A DNA stretch of 32,000 bases from Idiomarina loihiensis L2TR (GTDB taxonomy: Bacteria; Pseudomonadota; Gammaproteobacteria; Enterobacterales; Alteromonadaceae). Position numbers and translations under genes: made by a program. Every line of letters starts with the position of its first letter. The stretch's first letter is position 1. Positions 9,292 through 17,057 of the stretch are shown piece after piece. The stretch is taken from NCBI RefSeq assembly GCF_000008465.1, contig NC_006512.1:1470001-1502000 (forward strand), given 5' to 3'. The notes under the pieces were generated by a model that saw only the letters and a program-made list of their open reading frames with translations, had not been told where the DNA came from and made no database searches.

Positions 9292-10464
9292 TTACTGCGC
9301 TCCTTGTTGCGTTGCTAATGCTTCTTCTTCAGTGATTTTGGCCGGCCAGTGCAATAAACCACTGCGCCCCGTCATAATCCACTCGCCTTCGGCCACTTCA
9401 ATAATATCGGTCATAACTGAACCGCTCGGATGTGTCCGGTTCTTTACTTCTAGCTGGTCATCAATCTCAAGAATGGTTCCGGAATGCCCGACAATTAGCT
9501 GAGTACCCTTGTTAGTGTTGGTTCCCGCTGACAGATTAACTCTGGTGCCTGTATCAACGGTTGTAAAGTTTTGTCCTTTATCGTCTGAGACAAAGGCATT
9601 GCCGCGTAAGCCGTAAACCCAAACACGGCCCTCGGCATCAAGGTGTCCGCCAAACAGCGAACCGCGATAAGGAGAATCAAGGGTCTCCCAATTCTCACCA
9701 CCATCGTAACTCGCAAAGGCTAATCCGGCTTCCCCGACAATGTATAAGTCGTCACCCCGACCAAAAATGGTATTCAAATGATAACCGCCCGGGTTTTCCA
9801 AACGACCCGATATAACCTGCCAGCTTTCGCCGCCATCTTCAGTTTTAAGGAAGGTACCATAAGCACCTATCGCCAGCACGGTCTGACTGTCTTTAACATA
9901 AAGATCTAAAAAGGGCTTGCTGGGGCCTTCTTCTCTGGCTGCCTCTATATTACTAACCTGAAACTGAGCTTCTTCAAGCTGCCACTCCAGTTCACCGATA
10001 ACGTCTTCATCGTCGGTTGATTCGAGTTGTTCGTTGAGTTTCTCAATTCGATTTTCAAAATAGCCTTCTTCTAACGTCATTAGTTCAAAACCGTCTAACT
10101 GGCGCTTCCAGCTTTTACCGCCGTCTTCTGATTTAATAATGACGCCATGATGCCCGGTCGCCCATCCATTTTGCTCGTCAGCAAAAGCGATACTGGTTAA
10201 CAGTACGCTTGTATCTACTTCTGCCTGTTGCCAGTCATCACCCTCTTTCCAGATAATATTTCCATGCGCACCGACGGCTATAAGTCGCGTTCCAACAGTC
10301 GTCACTTCAATAAGTACTTCGCTTTTAATTCTGTCTGATGACAATGCTGGTGCACTGATCACGTCGTAATCAGTAATCGTTGTTGTGTCGCTATCCTGTG
10401 CGAGCACTGCGGTGCTAAAAATAGCCCCCAACAACACCCCTAATGGGGTTAAAGACAAGCGCAT
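9292..10464 (-). CDS. Secreted BNR/Asp-box beta-propeller, Ycf48/HCF136-like (PSII stability/assembly-factor-like)
   Basis: Signal peptide MRLSLTPLGVLLGAIFSTAVLA|QD. Asp-box motifs are SEDGGKSW, TEDGGESW and SYDGGENW (plus a degenerate SDDKGQNF). GGAGG lies 5 nt before the ATG. It is translationally adjacent to the RND gene. Confidence 0.8.
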   Translation of the reverse strand: MRLSLTPLGVLLGAIFSTAVLAQDSDTTTITDYDVISAPALSSDRIKSEVLIEVTTVGTRLIAVGAHGNIIWKEGDDWQQAEVDTSVLLTSIAFADEQNGWATGHHGVIIKSEDGGKSWKRQLDGFELMTLEEGYFENRIEKLNEQLESTDDEDVIGELEWQLEEAQFQVSNIEAAREEGPSKPFLDLYVKDSQTVLAIGAYGTFLKTEDGGESWQVISGRLENPGGYHLNTIFGRGDDLYIVGEAGLAFASYDGGENWETLDSPYRGSLFGGHLDAEGRVWVYGLRGNAFVSDDKGQNFTTVDTGTRVNLSAGTNTNKGTQLIVGHSGTILEIDDQLEVKNRTHPSGSVMTDIIEVAEGEWIMTGRSGLLHWPAKITEEEALATQQGAQ

Positions 10465-10524
10465 GGAACCTCCCGGGTACTAAAAATGTCATAGGATTGT
10501 ATAAGCTCAAGATAATTTGAAAAC

Positions 10525-10559
10525 CTTTTTTCGTTAAATTCGTGCTTTTTTTCGTTAAA
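10525..10559. promoter_or_regulatory. Tandem direct repeat TTTTTTCGTTAAA x2 (21-bp phasing) in a divergent promoter region
   Basis: Copies lie at 10526..10538 and 10547..10559, between the divergent Ycf48-like (ATG 10464) and DUF1329 (ATG 10627) genes. The candidate-operator status is inference only. Confidence 0.3.
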
Positions 10560-10626
10560 GTATTGCTTGAGAGGTCAGTCCTCTGGCAAAGTGATGTTGG
10601 AAAGTAGAACAACAAGGAAAATTATA

Positions 10627-11976
10627 ATGAATAAACTGATGCTAAAAGCTGGCGTTTTTGCCATATCGGTGATTTCCGCGAGCGTTGCGGCGAAAGTATC
10701 ACCAGAAGAAGCCGCACGGCTTGGTCAGGACCTAACCCCTATTGGTGCTGAAAAAGCGGCAAACGCCGACGGCTCTATCCCAGCCTGGGATGGTGGTTAC
10801 TCCGATCACGCGGTTGAAGTTGTTCGCGGTAATGACCCGTATGCTGATGATAAACCTTTGTTTACCATCACTCACGATAACCTGGATGAGCACAAAGAAC
10901 ATCTGAGCGAAGGCCAAATCGCTATGTTCGATAAATACTCAGACTATAAAATGATTGTGTATCCAACCCGTCGTTCGGCAACTTATCCGGATGAACTTTG
11001 GCCTAAAATTAAATCCAACGCAGAAAATGCAGAAATGGTTGCCGGTGGTAACGGCGTCGAAAACTTTGATACCACCATTCCGTTCCCTATTCCGGAAAAT
11101 GGGTTAGAGGCTGTATGGAACCATATTACTCGTTACCGTGGCGGCGCAGTTACTCGTAACGTAGCGCAGTTCCCGGTTCTGTCTAACGGTAACTACACCA
11201 CGGTAGAACTTAAAGAAACCCTGGTATTCCCTGAGTACTTAGAAACCGGTCGCCAGGAAGCTGACGACAACGTTCTGTTTTATTTTATGCAGGAAGTTGA
11301 AGCTCCTTCTCGCTTAACCGGTACGGTTTTGCTGGTTCATGAAACCATTAACCAGGTAAAAGAAGGCCGTCGCGCATGGATTTATAATGCCGGTCAGCGT
11401 CGCGTTCGTCGTGCACCTAACGTTGCTTATGACGGACCAGGCACTGCAGCAGATGGCTTACGTACTTCTGACAACCTCGATATGTACAACGGTGCACCAG
11501 ATAAGTACAACTGGGAATTAAAAGGTAAAAAAGAAGTTTATATTCCTTACAACAACTTCAAGATCATGGATCCTGAACTGAGTTATGACGAAATCATTAA
11601 AGCTGGTCATATGAATCAGGACTTGATCCGTTATGAAAAACACCGTGTTTGGGTGGTTGAAGGTAGTCTTAAAGACAGTGAACGCCATATCTACTCTAAG
11701 CGTACAATGTACCTTGATGAAGATACCTGGACAGCGTCACTGGTTGATCACTACGACGGACGTGGCGAACTATGGCGTGTTGGTGAAGCTCTGAATACTC
11801 AGTTCTATAATCAGGACGTTCCGTGGATGGCTGCAGAAGCGTTATATGACTTAGACTCTGGACGTTATATTTCTCTGGGTCTGGGTAATGAAGAAAGTAC
11901 TTACATGGAATGGGATATTTCTCCAAACCGTGAAGACTTCAGTACTAACGCATTACGTCGTAAAGGCTTCAGATAA
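10627..11976 (+). CDS. DUF1329-family periplasmic protein (LolA-like 'outer-membrane lipoprotein-sorting' fold family)
   Basis: The ORF track starts at TTG 10567. I prefer ATG 10627 (AAGGA upstream), which gives the signal peptide MNKLMLKAGVFAISVISASVAA|KV. The family call is from memory of DUF1329 sequences and needs HMM confirmation. A strong terminator follows. Confidence 0.78.
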   Translation: MNKLMLKAGVFAISVISASVAAKVSPEEAARLGQDLTPIGAEKAANADGSIPAWDGGYSDHAVEVVRGNDPYADDKPLFTITHDNLDEHKEHLSEGQIAMFDKYSDYKMIVYPTRRSATYPDELWPKIKSNAENAEMVAGGNGVENFDTTIPFPIPENGLEAVWNHITRYRGGAVTRNVAQFPVLSNGNYTTVELKETLVFPEYLETGRQEADDNVLFYFMQEVEAPSRLTGTVLLVHETINQVKEGRRAWIYNAGQRRVRRAPNVAYDGPGTAADGLRTSDNLDMYNGAPDKYNWELKGKKEVYIPYNNFKIMDPELSYDEIIKAGHMNQDLIRYEKHRVWVVEGSLKDSERHIYSKRTMYLDEDTWTASLVDHYDGRGELWRVGEALNTQFYNQDVPWMAAEALYDLDSGRYISLGLGNEESTYMEWDISPNREDFSTNALRRKGFR

Positions 11977-11995
11977 GTTAATACCGCTAAAACGG

Positions 11996-12026
11996 AAAAA
12001 GGAGACTCATTCGAGTCTCCTTTTTT
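11996..12026. terminator. Bidirectional rho-independent terminator
   Basis: AAAAA-GGAGACTC-attc-GAGTCTCC-TTTTTT. The stem is a perfect 8 bp flanked by an A-run and a T-run, 20 nt after the DUF1329 stop. Confidence 0.85.
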
Positions 12027-12111
12027 AATGTCCGCAGCCTGGTGAGTTCTATGTAGCTTGACGTTATTACGTAAGAAGGCAGCAGCATCTCGGTTGTTAC
12101 GGATCACCTCA

Positions 12112-12131
12112 CCTGATGCAATAGCATCAGG
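12112..12131 (-). terminator. Perfect 8-bp hairpin immediately 3' of the dehydrogenase stop (no U-tract)
   Basis: CCTGATGC-aata-GCATCAGG abuts the TAG at 12134..12132. With no T-run it may be a stabilising stem. The real terminator is probably the bidirectional one at 11996..12026. Confidence 0.3.
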
Positions 12132-13001
12132 CTACTTCTCCAGACGAGCCAGAAGACTCGATGTATCCCAGCGACTGCCACCCATTTTCTGAACGTCAGC
12201 ATAGAATTGGTCAACTAATGCAGTCGCCGGCAGCGACAAGCCCTGACGGTCGGCCTCAGCCAAGGCTATTTTTAAGTCTTTACGCATCCAGTCTACAGCA
12301 AAGCCATGCTCGTAGTGGTTATTCCACATGGTTTTATAGCGATTTTCCATCTGCCAGGAGCCTGCAGCGCCCTGACTAATAGCCGCAATAAGCTTATCAG
12401 GATCTAAGCCGACTTTACGTGCCAGTTGAAGCCCTTCAGACAAGCCTTGCAAAACGCCGGCAATACAAATCTGATTGACCATTTTCGCTAATTGTCCACT
12501 ACCGACAGGTCCCATCAGTTGACGAGTTTTGGCATAGCATTGGAAAAGCTCGTCTGCAGCTTCAAAAGTTTGCTGCTCACCACCGATCATCGCGGTTAAA
12601 ACACCGTTTTCCGCTCCGGCCTGGCCGCCTGAAACCGGCGCATCTAAAAAGCTGCCCTGCTTTTCATTTACAGCTTGTTCCAGCTCTCGTGCCAATTCAG
12701 CAGAAGCCGTAGTGTGGTCAACAACAACAGCTCCGGGTTTTAAATTCGCCAATATGCCGTCGTCACCATAAAATACACTGCGTACATCGTCATCGTTACC
12801 AACACAAACCATAACAAAGTCAGCTTCTTTAACCGCTTCAGCCGGGGTGGGCTGGCAGTGTCCGGAGTATTCCTTTGCCCATTTTTCGGCTGTAGCCTGA
12901 GTGCGGTTATAAACCGTTACCTTATGGCCCGCTTTTTGTAAGTGACCGGCCATTGGGTAACCCATAACGCCTAATCCAATAAATGCACATTGCTTCGACA
13001 T
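12132..13001 (-). CDS. NAD(P)-dependent oxidoreductase, 3-hydroxyisobutyrate / 6-phosphogluconate dehydrogenase (HIBADH) family
   Basis: Rossmann motif CAFIGLGVMGYPMAGHL and the typical DAPVSGG. AGGAGG lies 7 nt before ATG 13001. Alternative starts are ATG 13007 (ATGA overlap with the cmoM stop) and the ORF-track TTG at 13019. Confidence 0.88.
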   Translation of the reverse strand: MSKQCAFIGLGVMGYPMAGHLQKAGHKVTVYNRTQATAEKWAKEYSGHCQPTPAEAVKEADFVMVCVGNDDDVRSVFYGDDGILANLKPGAVVVDHTTASAELARELEQAVNEKQGSFLDAPVSGGQAGAENGVLTAMIGGEQQTFEAADELFQCYAKTRQLMGPVGSGQLAKMVNQICIAGVLQGLSEGLQLARKVGLDPDKLIAAISQGAAGSWQMENRYKTMWNNHYEHGFAVDWMRKDLKIALAEADRQGLSLPATALVDQFYADVQKMGGSRWDTSSLLARLEK

Positions 13002-13003
13002 AG

Positions 13004-13792
13004 TCATTCCTCCTGACAATTCGGTTTTTCTATAAGCCAGTGTTGATAACGTCCCAGCTCACGATAAGGGGACATTTGGTTGTATTTCATCTCCAGTGCC
13101 AGTAGCTCATCGAACCGTTGCTGATGAGTCAGGTCGCGTAAATAGTCATGAAAACAGCGAACACCGGTCTTTTGCTGAACGTTTAACCCTTCTTGCTCTA
13201 ACCAGCAGCCAACCTGCTCCGGTACGGCTGGATTCTCAGGACTCAAACGAACAGTCTTTTTTACCTTCAGGCCGCGCTCAATATAATCAAAGTTGCCGTA
13301 AATAGCGTTAGCAAAAAGCTTGGCGTGGTAGTTATAAAACATAAGTGACAGTTTGCCGCCAGGCTTTAATAATGAAGCCAGTTGATGAATGGCGAGCTCA
13401 GTATCCGGCAGCCATTCCAGCACGGCGTGGCAGAGAATAATATCGTATTGACTTAGCGGTTGCTGATTAACAAGCTCCGTTAAACTTGCCGCAACGTACT
13501 TGCACTTATGCCCCAGTCCTGCCGCTTTGTGACGGCGCTCAGCTTCTTCAATCATTTCGGTTGAAAGGTCAGAATGCACCACCGTAAAGCCTTTTTCCTG
13601 AAACCACTGGTTTACCTGACCAAGCCCGGCTCCTACATCAAGCACTAAACATGGCTCAGTGGCTAACAGCGGCGCTAAATCACGCTTGAGCACCTCAACC
13701 CTGAGTTGCCCCTTAGTGGTGTCATAAATGGATTTAGAGAACTTTTGGCTGATACCGCTAAAGTCGCCGCGTTCTTGTTTCTTTTTATTCAT
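13004..13792 (-). CDS. cmoM: tRNA 5-carboxymethoxyuridine methyltransferase CmoM (SmtA/YecP-like class I SAM methyltransferase)
   Basis: Collinear with E. coli CmoM as I remember it: FSKSIYDTTKGQLR, the SAM motif VLDVGAGLG, MFYN...NFDY, GVRCFHDYL and LGRYQH. The start is moved to ATG 13792 (MNKKKQERGDF), which removes the overlap with the upstream Nif3 gene. The ORF-track start is 13852. Confidence 0.85.
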   Translation of the reverse strand: MNKKKQERGDFSGISQKFSKSIYDTTKGQLRVEVLKRDLAPLLATEPCLVLDVGAGLGQVNQWFQEKGFTVVHSDLSTEMIEEAERRHKAAGLGHKCKYVAASLTELVNQQPLSQYDIILCHAVLEWLPDTELAIHQLASLLKPGGKLSLMFYNYHAKLFANAIYGNFDYIERGLKVKKTVRLSPENPAVPEQVGCWLEQEGLNVQQKTGVRCFHDYLRDLTHQQRFDELLALEMKYNQMSPYRELGRYQHWLIEKPNCQEE

Positions 13793-13808
13793 TAAAGGCT
13801 TCTTTTCA

Positions 13809-14570
13809 TCAGGCGGGACTATCAATGTCAATAAATTTAACATCCAGTTCAAACTGGCGGGCTAAGTGCTCGCCCAGTGCTTTTGCGCCGTAACGCTCGG
13901 TGGCGTGATGCCCTGCCGCGAAAAATGCGATACCCTGCTCCCTGGCACTATGTATGGTCGGCTCTGAGACTTCACCGGTAATAAAGGCGTCGACACCAAG
14001 CTGAGCCGCCCGGTCAATAAAACCCTGACCACCACCAGTGCACCAGGCAACTTTTTTAATTTTATTTAAACTGTCGACACGACAAACCAGCGAGCGTTCT
14101 AAGCGCTGCTCCAGTTCATTAGCAAACTCATCGCAGGAAACGGCTTTAGCTAAATGACCGGTGACCAGTGGGCAAGCCGGATCATAAGCATCCACCGGGC
14201 CGTCAAACTCCCAGCCCATTAACTGAGCTAACTGCGCGTTATTGCCAAGCTCAGGGTGAACATCCAGCGGTAAGTGATAGGCAAATAAATTGATATCATG
14301 CTTCAACAGCTGCTGTAAGCGCCGCTTTTTCATACCAACAATTTCCGCCGGCTCGCCCTTCCAGAAATAGCCATGATGAACCAGAATCGCATCGGCTTTC
14401 TCATCAACAGCTCTGTCAACCAGAGCCTGGCATGCTGTTACCCCGCTGACCACTTTCTGAATTTCAGATTTGCCCTCTACTTGCAGTCCATTAGGACAAT
14501 AGTCTTTAATCTGCTCACTGTTTAATAGTTTATTAAGATAATTCTGTAATTCATTTCTATTTATCGGCAT
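13809..14570 (-). CDS. ybgI: Nif3-like dinuclear metal-centre protein (YbgI / GTP cyclohydrolase 1 type 2 homologue)
   Basis: Strong resemblance to E. coli YbgI: DYCPNGLQVEGK, ILVHHGYFWKGE, HLPLDVHPELGNNAQLA, VAWCTGGGQGFID and AGHHATERYG. The start is set at ATG 14570 (MPINRNELQNYL). The ORF-track 5' extension to 14750 is AT-rich intergenic sequence. Confidence 0.9.
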   Translation of the reverse strand: MPINRNELQNYLNKLLNSEQIKDYCPNGLQVEGKSEIQKVVSGVTACQALVDRAVDEKADAILVHHGYFWKGEPAEIVGMKKRRLQQLLKHDINLFAYHLPLDVHPELGNNAQLAQLMGWEFDGPVDAYDPACPLVTGHLAKAVSCDEFANELEQRLERSLVCRVDSLNKIKKVAWCTGGGQGFIDRAAQLGVDAFITGEVSEPTIHSAREQGIAFFAAGHHATERYGAKALGEHLARQFELDVKFIDIDSPA

Positions 14571-14709
14571 ATCTAAAAACCAAATTGCTTCGTTGAATGG
14601 CTTCAGTTTACCCGAAATTAGACAATAATCCGAAAAAACGGTATAAACGAATAGCGAAGCATTTTTATACAATACTTTTAAACCAAACCTTGAATAAAGG
14701 AACACTTGA

Positions 14710-15129
14710 ATGAGCAACCTGGACAAAGATAAGGTAATCGCTGAATACACGGAAGCTTATCAAAAAGCTCACGGTAAAAAGCCTAAAATTGAAAGCAGTA
14801 ACGGCTGGTATAGCGTTGATGGAGGCAAAAATGTACGCCTGAGTCAATTAGCTGACGACGCAAAAGCGCTTGGTAAAGAGAAAAAGTCTGCGCCTAAAAA
14901 GTCGGAGCCGAAGAAGACTGAACCCAAAAAAGCAGAAGCGAAAAAGCCTGCGGCTAAAAAAGCTGAGACTAAGAAGCCAGCAGCTAAAAAACCTGCTGCG
15001 AAGAAATCTTCGGCTAAGCAATCTTCAGCGAAAAAATCCAGCTCTGGCGGCTTAACCGCAAAAGAACTGTGGAAGCAAAAGCTAGAAGGTAAAGACAGCG
15101 ATTGTCGTTTACCCCGAGGCAGTGCGTAA
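14710..15129 (+). CDS. Lysine/alanine-rich basic protein with a histone-H1/AlgP-tail-like repeat region; function unknown
   Basis: ATG with AAGGA upstream. It has a ~55-aa globular-looking N-terminus, ten x-x-x-K-K pentapeptides and a short C-terminal segment. A bidirectional terminator lies 16 nt after the stop. Confidence 0.65.
   Translation: MSNLDKDKVIAEYTEAYQKAHGKKPKIESSNGWYSVDGGKNVRLSQLADDAKALGKEKKSAPKKSEPKKTEPKKAEAKKPAAKKAETKKPAAKKPAAKKSSAKQSSAKKSSSGGLTAKELWKQKLEGKDSDCRLPRGSA
14887..15036 (+). repeat. Ten tandem pentapeptide-coding (15-nt) repeats: SAPKK SEPKK TEPKK AEAKK PAAKK AETKK PAAKK PAAKK SSAKQ SSAKK
   Basis: Read directly from the translation (aa 60-109 of the ORF). The nucleotide units are degenerate versions of (g/a)c(n)gc(n)aaaaag. 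Confidence 0.85.
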
Positions 15130-15144
15130 GCCACCGCTATAAGT

Positions 15145-15175
15145 AAAAAAAGCGACCTTAATGGTCGCTTTTTTC
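15145..15175. terminator. Bidirectional rho-independent terminator between convergent genes
   Basis: AAAAAA-AGCGACC-ttaat-GGTCGCT-TTTTT. It serves the + gene ending at 15129 and the - gene ending at 15177. Confidence 0.85.
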
Positions 15176-15176
15176 G

Positions 15177-15434
15177 TTATAGAACGTCCGGATTTTTGCC
15201 GGCAACGCGATCTATTGGAACTCTAATTTTACGGTAACGGTGCACCAGAAAGTCGCTACGTTTAAAAATGACTTTTTCAGAACCAAAGTCAGCCTGAGAC
15301 ACCAGGAAGCGGTCGTTATCCAGTGTTTTTGCTATAATTCCTAACTTCCCCTGATGCGGTCCACGCTTAATAAAAATCGTCTGCCCTTGTATTCGGGGGT
15401 TGTTATAAGAAAATGTCGGATAATTAATTGCCAC
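15177..15434 (-). CDS. Small hypothetical protein (85 aa) with a KOW-like motif
   Basis: GTG start with only a weak GGGA upstream. GQTIFIKRGPHQGKLGIIAK fits the KOW pattern G-x2-V-x-V-x2-G-x3-G-x2-G-x-V. The stop is followed directly by the terminator. A perfect TATAAT lies on the minus strand at 15481..15476, with a poor -35. Confidence 0.5.
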   Translation of the reverse strand: MAINYPTFSYNNPRIQGQTIFIKRGPHQGKLGIIAKTLDNDRFLVSQADFGSEKVIFKRSDFLVHRYRKIRVPIDRVAGKNPDVL

Positions 15435-15517
15435 TGCCGTTTCCCTAAACCTTATAAGGCTATATCAATACCAGGATTATACTCCTATTATCGGTCACCG
15501 ACAGAGATTCTTGATAT

Positions 15518-16045
15518 TTATTTCTTACCAATATAAAGCGTTATCTCACCAACAGGGAAGCCCCATTTAGACATGTCGGTACGATTGATCATATTGTTCT
15601 CATCAATAAGATACAGCCAGTCATCCAGCGTCAATACCAGAGGCTCGCCGTCTACCACAACTTCCAGTTGGTACTCCCAGTTAAGAACATTGCCTGCTGT
15701 TGTACCTTTAGCAACGCCTTCAACATCGTCTGCACGCCCTTCATAGCTATTCGGACCGGTTTTCGTTATGTGCCAGACTCGTTGCTGCTCACGACCATCA
15801 GCATAAGTAAAATGTTCATCGAGAACGCCTTCGTTACCTTCCCAGGTACCTGTCATGGTTACCTCGAAACGCTGAATCACTTCACCGCTGTAGTCCTGAA
15901 CCATACCATACGCAACCAATTCACCGTTAAAGAACTCTTCAAGCTTTAACTTTGGCTCTGCTGATTTATAGGCATCAATGCCGGTTGAGCACGCCGCAAG
16001 CAAACTGAGTAAAACAGTAAAACCTAAAACCTTTAAAGCCTTCAT
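15518..16045 (-). CDS. DUF3833-family lipoprotein
   Basis: The start is moved to ATG 16045 (GGAG upstream; TAAAATG junction with the upstream gene). The lipobox is MKALKVLGFTVLLSLLAAC|STG. The remainder matches my memory of DUF3833 (FFNG...AYG...RFEV...G.W.G..G.L.E.F.Y.DG). It is the last gene of the operon. Confidence 0.82.
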   Translation of the reverse strand: MKALKVLGFTVLLSLLAACSTGIDAYKSAEPKLKLEEFFNGELVAYGMVQDYSGEVIQRFEVTMTGTWEGNEGVLDEHFTYADGREQQRVWHITKTGPNSYEGRADDVEGVAKGTTAGNVLNWEYQLEVVVDGEPLVLTLDDWLYLIDENNMINRTDMSKWGFPVGEITLYIGKK

Positions 16046-16046
16046 T

Positions 16047-16553
16047 TTATTTCTCCCCAATGAGTTCATTGCGCTCAGATTCAAAACGGCTATTTTCCGA
16101 CAACCAAATAGCTAAAAACTGCTCAGTAAAGTCTTTATCTTCAATTTCGCCCAGCAACTTATCGCCCTGGTAAAATTCTGCTGTCCCGTCTTTCTTCTCA
16201 ACTAAGAGCAGGCAGTCGCCCTCTTTAATGTCAGGCCAGATGGAGTCCAGTTTTTCTAACCATTGCTCATGTTTATCGCTATTCAGTTCCAGCTTCTGCC
16301 ATTCTTCTTCCGTTGTCTCGATAAGATCTTTCGCCTTAATATCACGCAGGTACGCCAGTAACAAAGCTTGTCGTTCGTCCTGCTTATACTTACCTGACGG
16401 GCTATATAAAGTGGCATCATAAACGTCCCAGAAATACACGCTGAGCCGAGTTTGCCCAACTTTAGAAAAGTCATCGGGTACGGAAGCGGTGCATTCAGCG
16501 GCATAGGAATTAAGGCTGAAAAGCGCAATAATTCCGCATAAAATGAATCTCAT
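16047..16553 (-). CDS. Chalcone-isomerase-like (Chalcone_3) domain protein, secreted
   Basis: Signal peptide MRFILCGIIALFSLNSYA|AE. The FWDVYDATLY motif is typical of bacterial CHI-like proteins found in this cluster. Confidence 0.78.
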   Translation of the reverse strand: MRFILCGIIALFSLNSYAAECTASVPDDFSKVGQTRLSVYFWDVYDATLYSPSGKYKQDERQALLLAYLRDIKAKDLIETTEEEWQKLELNSDKHEQWLEKLDSIWPDIKEGDCLLLVEKKDGTAEFYQGDKLLGEIEDKDFTEQFLAIWLSENSRFESERNELIGEK

Positions 16554-16556
16554 ACT

Positions 16557-17057
16557 CTACACTCCCTGTTCTTTCTTAGGTGACATGGAAAAAACAAAAT
16601 ACGCCATCATTAGTCCCCATACAGCGGCATAACAGGCAATAACAACGGGCATTGAGTTAACGGTTGCTGCATTAAGCTTTATTCCTGCAACATAGCTTAG
16701 AGGACCTGAAACAGCACCGAGCAGAACAGCTATTGCAGGTTTAGGTGCAATCCAGTCCAGTGCAACCGGTGCCATAGATGAAAAACCCAGCCACAGCATA
16801 ACCAACCACAAAGGAAAGTATCCTCCGGCAAAATCGATAACGCCCAGGCTAATCACAATTGCTTCCAGCAATAATCCAACCGCAAACAGCCGCAAAATTA
16901 AGGTCCAGCTGACCCTGGCTACGGCAATGCTATAGAAAAATTGCAAGGCTAATAAAACGCCACTAAGCACAATATAGTTCTCACGGCCGGAAACGGCACT
17001 TAACCAAAGCGCATTGAACAGAACAAAACTGACAATTTTATGCTGAATAGAAGTCAT
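16557..17057 (-). CDS. DUF2878-family multi-pass membrane protein
   Basis: 166 aa, almost entirely hydrophobic (about five segments). The FNALWLSAV start is typical of DUF2878. Its ATG overlaps the upstream stop (TAATG). Confidence 0.78.
   Translation of the reverse strand: MTSIQHKIVSFVLFNALWLSAVSGRENYIVLSGVLLALQFFYSIAVARVSWTLILRLFAVGLLLEAIVISLGVIDFAGGYFPLWLVMLWLGFSSMAPVALDWIAPKPAIAVLLGAVSGPLSYVAGIKLNAATVNSMPVVIACYAAVWGLMMAYFVFSMSPKKEQGV

Noticed and set aside
12067-12074. The palindrome TTACGTAA in the same spacer.
   Set aside because: It is only 8 bp, sits in a 3' untranslated region and has no partner site. It is compatible with chance.
12101-12106. A minus-strand TGATCC, identical to the -35 box of the ECF promoter, in the spacer after the dehydrogenase gene.
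   Set aside because: The nearest minus-strand CGTA (12071..12068) is 29 nt away. No gene lies downstream in that orientation before the bidirectional terminator.
13793-13852. 5' extensions of ORF-track calls. Examples are cmoM to 13852, Nif3 to 14750, iaaA to 3611, pheS to 29689, rpmI to 30371, DUF1329 from 10567, DUF3833 to 16084 and the dehydrogenase to 13019.
   Set aside because: The track takes the longest ORF, including TTG/GTG starts. Internal ATGs with Shine-Dalgarno sequences give N-termini that match known homologues or proper signal peptides, and they remove implausible overlaps.
14844-15134. A 96-aa ORF antisense to the KK-repeat gene, with its own FFA/AGFL repeats.
   Set aside because: It is the mirror image of the AAG/AAA-rich repeat. 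The sense ORF has the RBS, the terminator and a non-repetitive N-terminus. The antisense frame has none of these.
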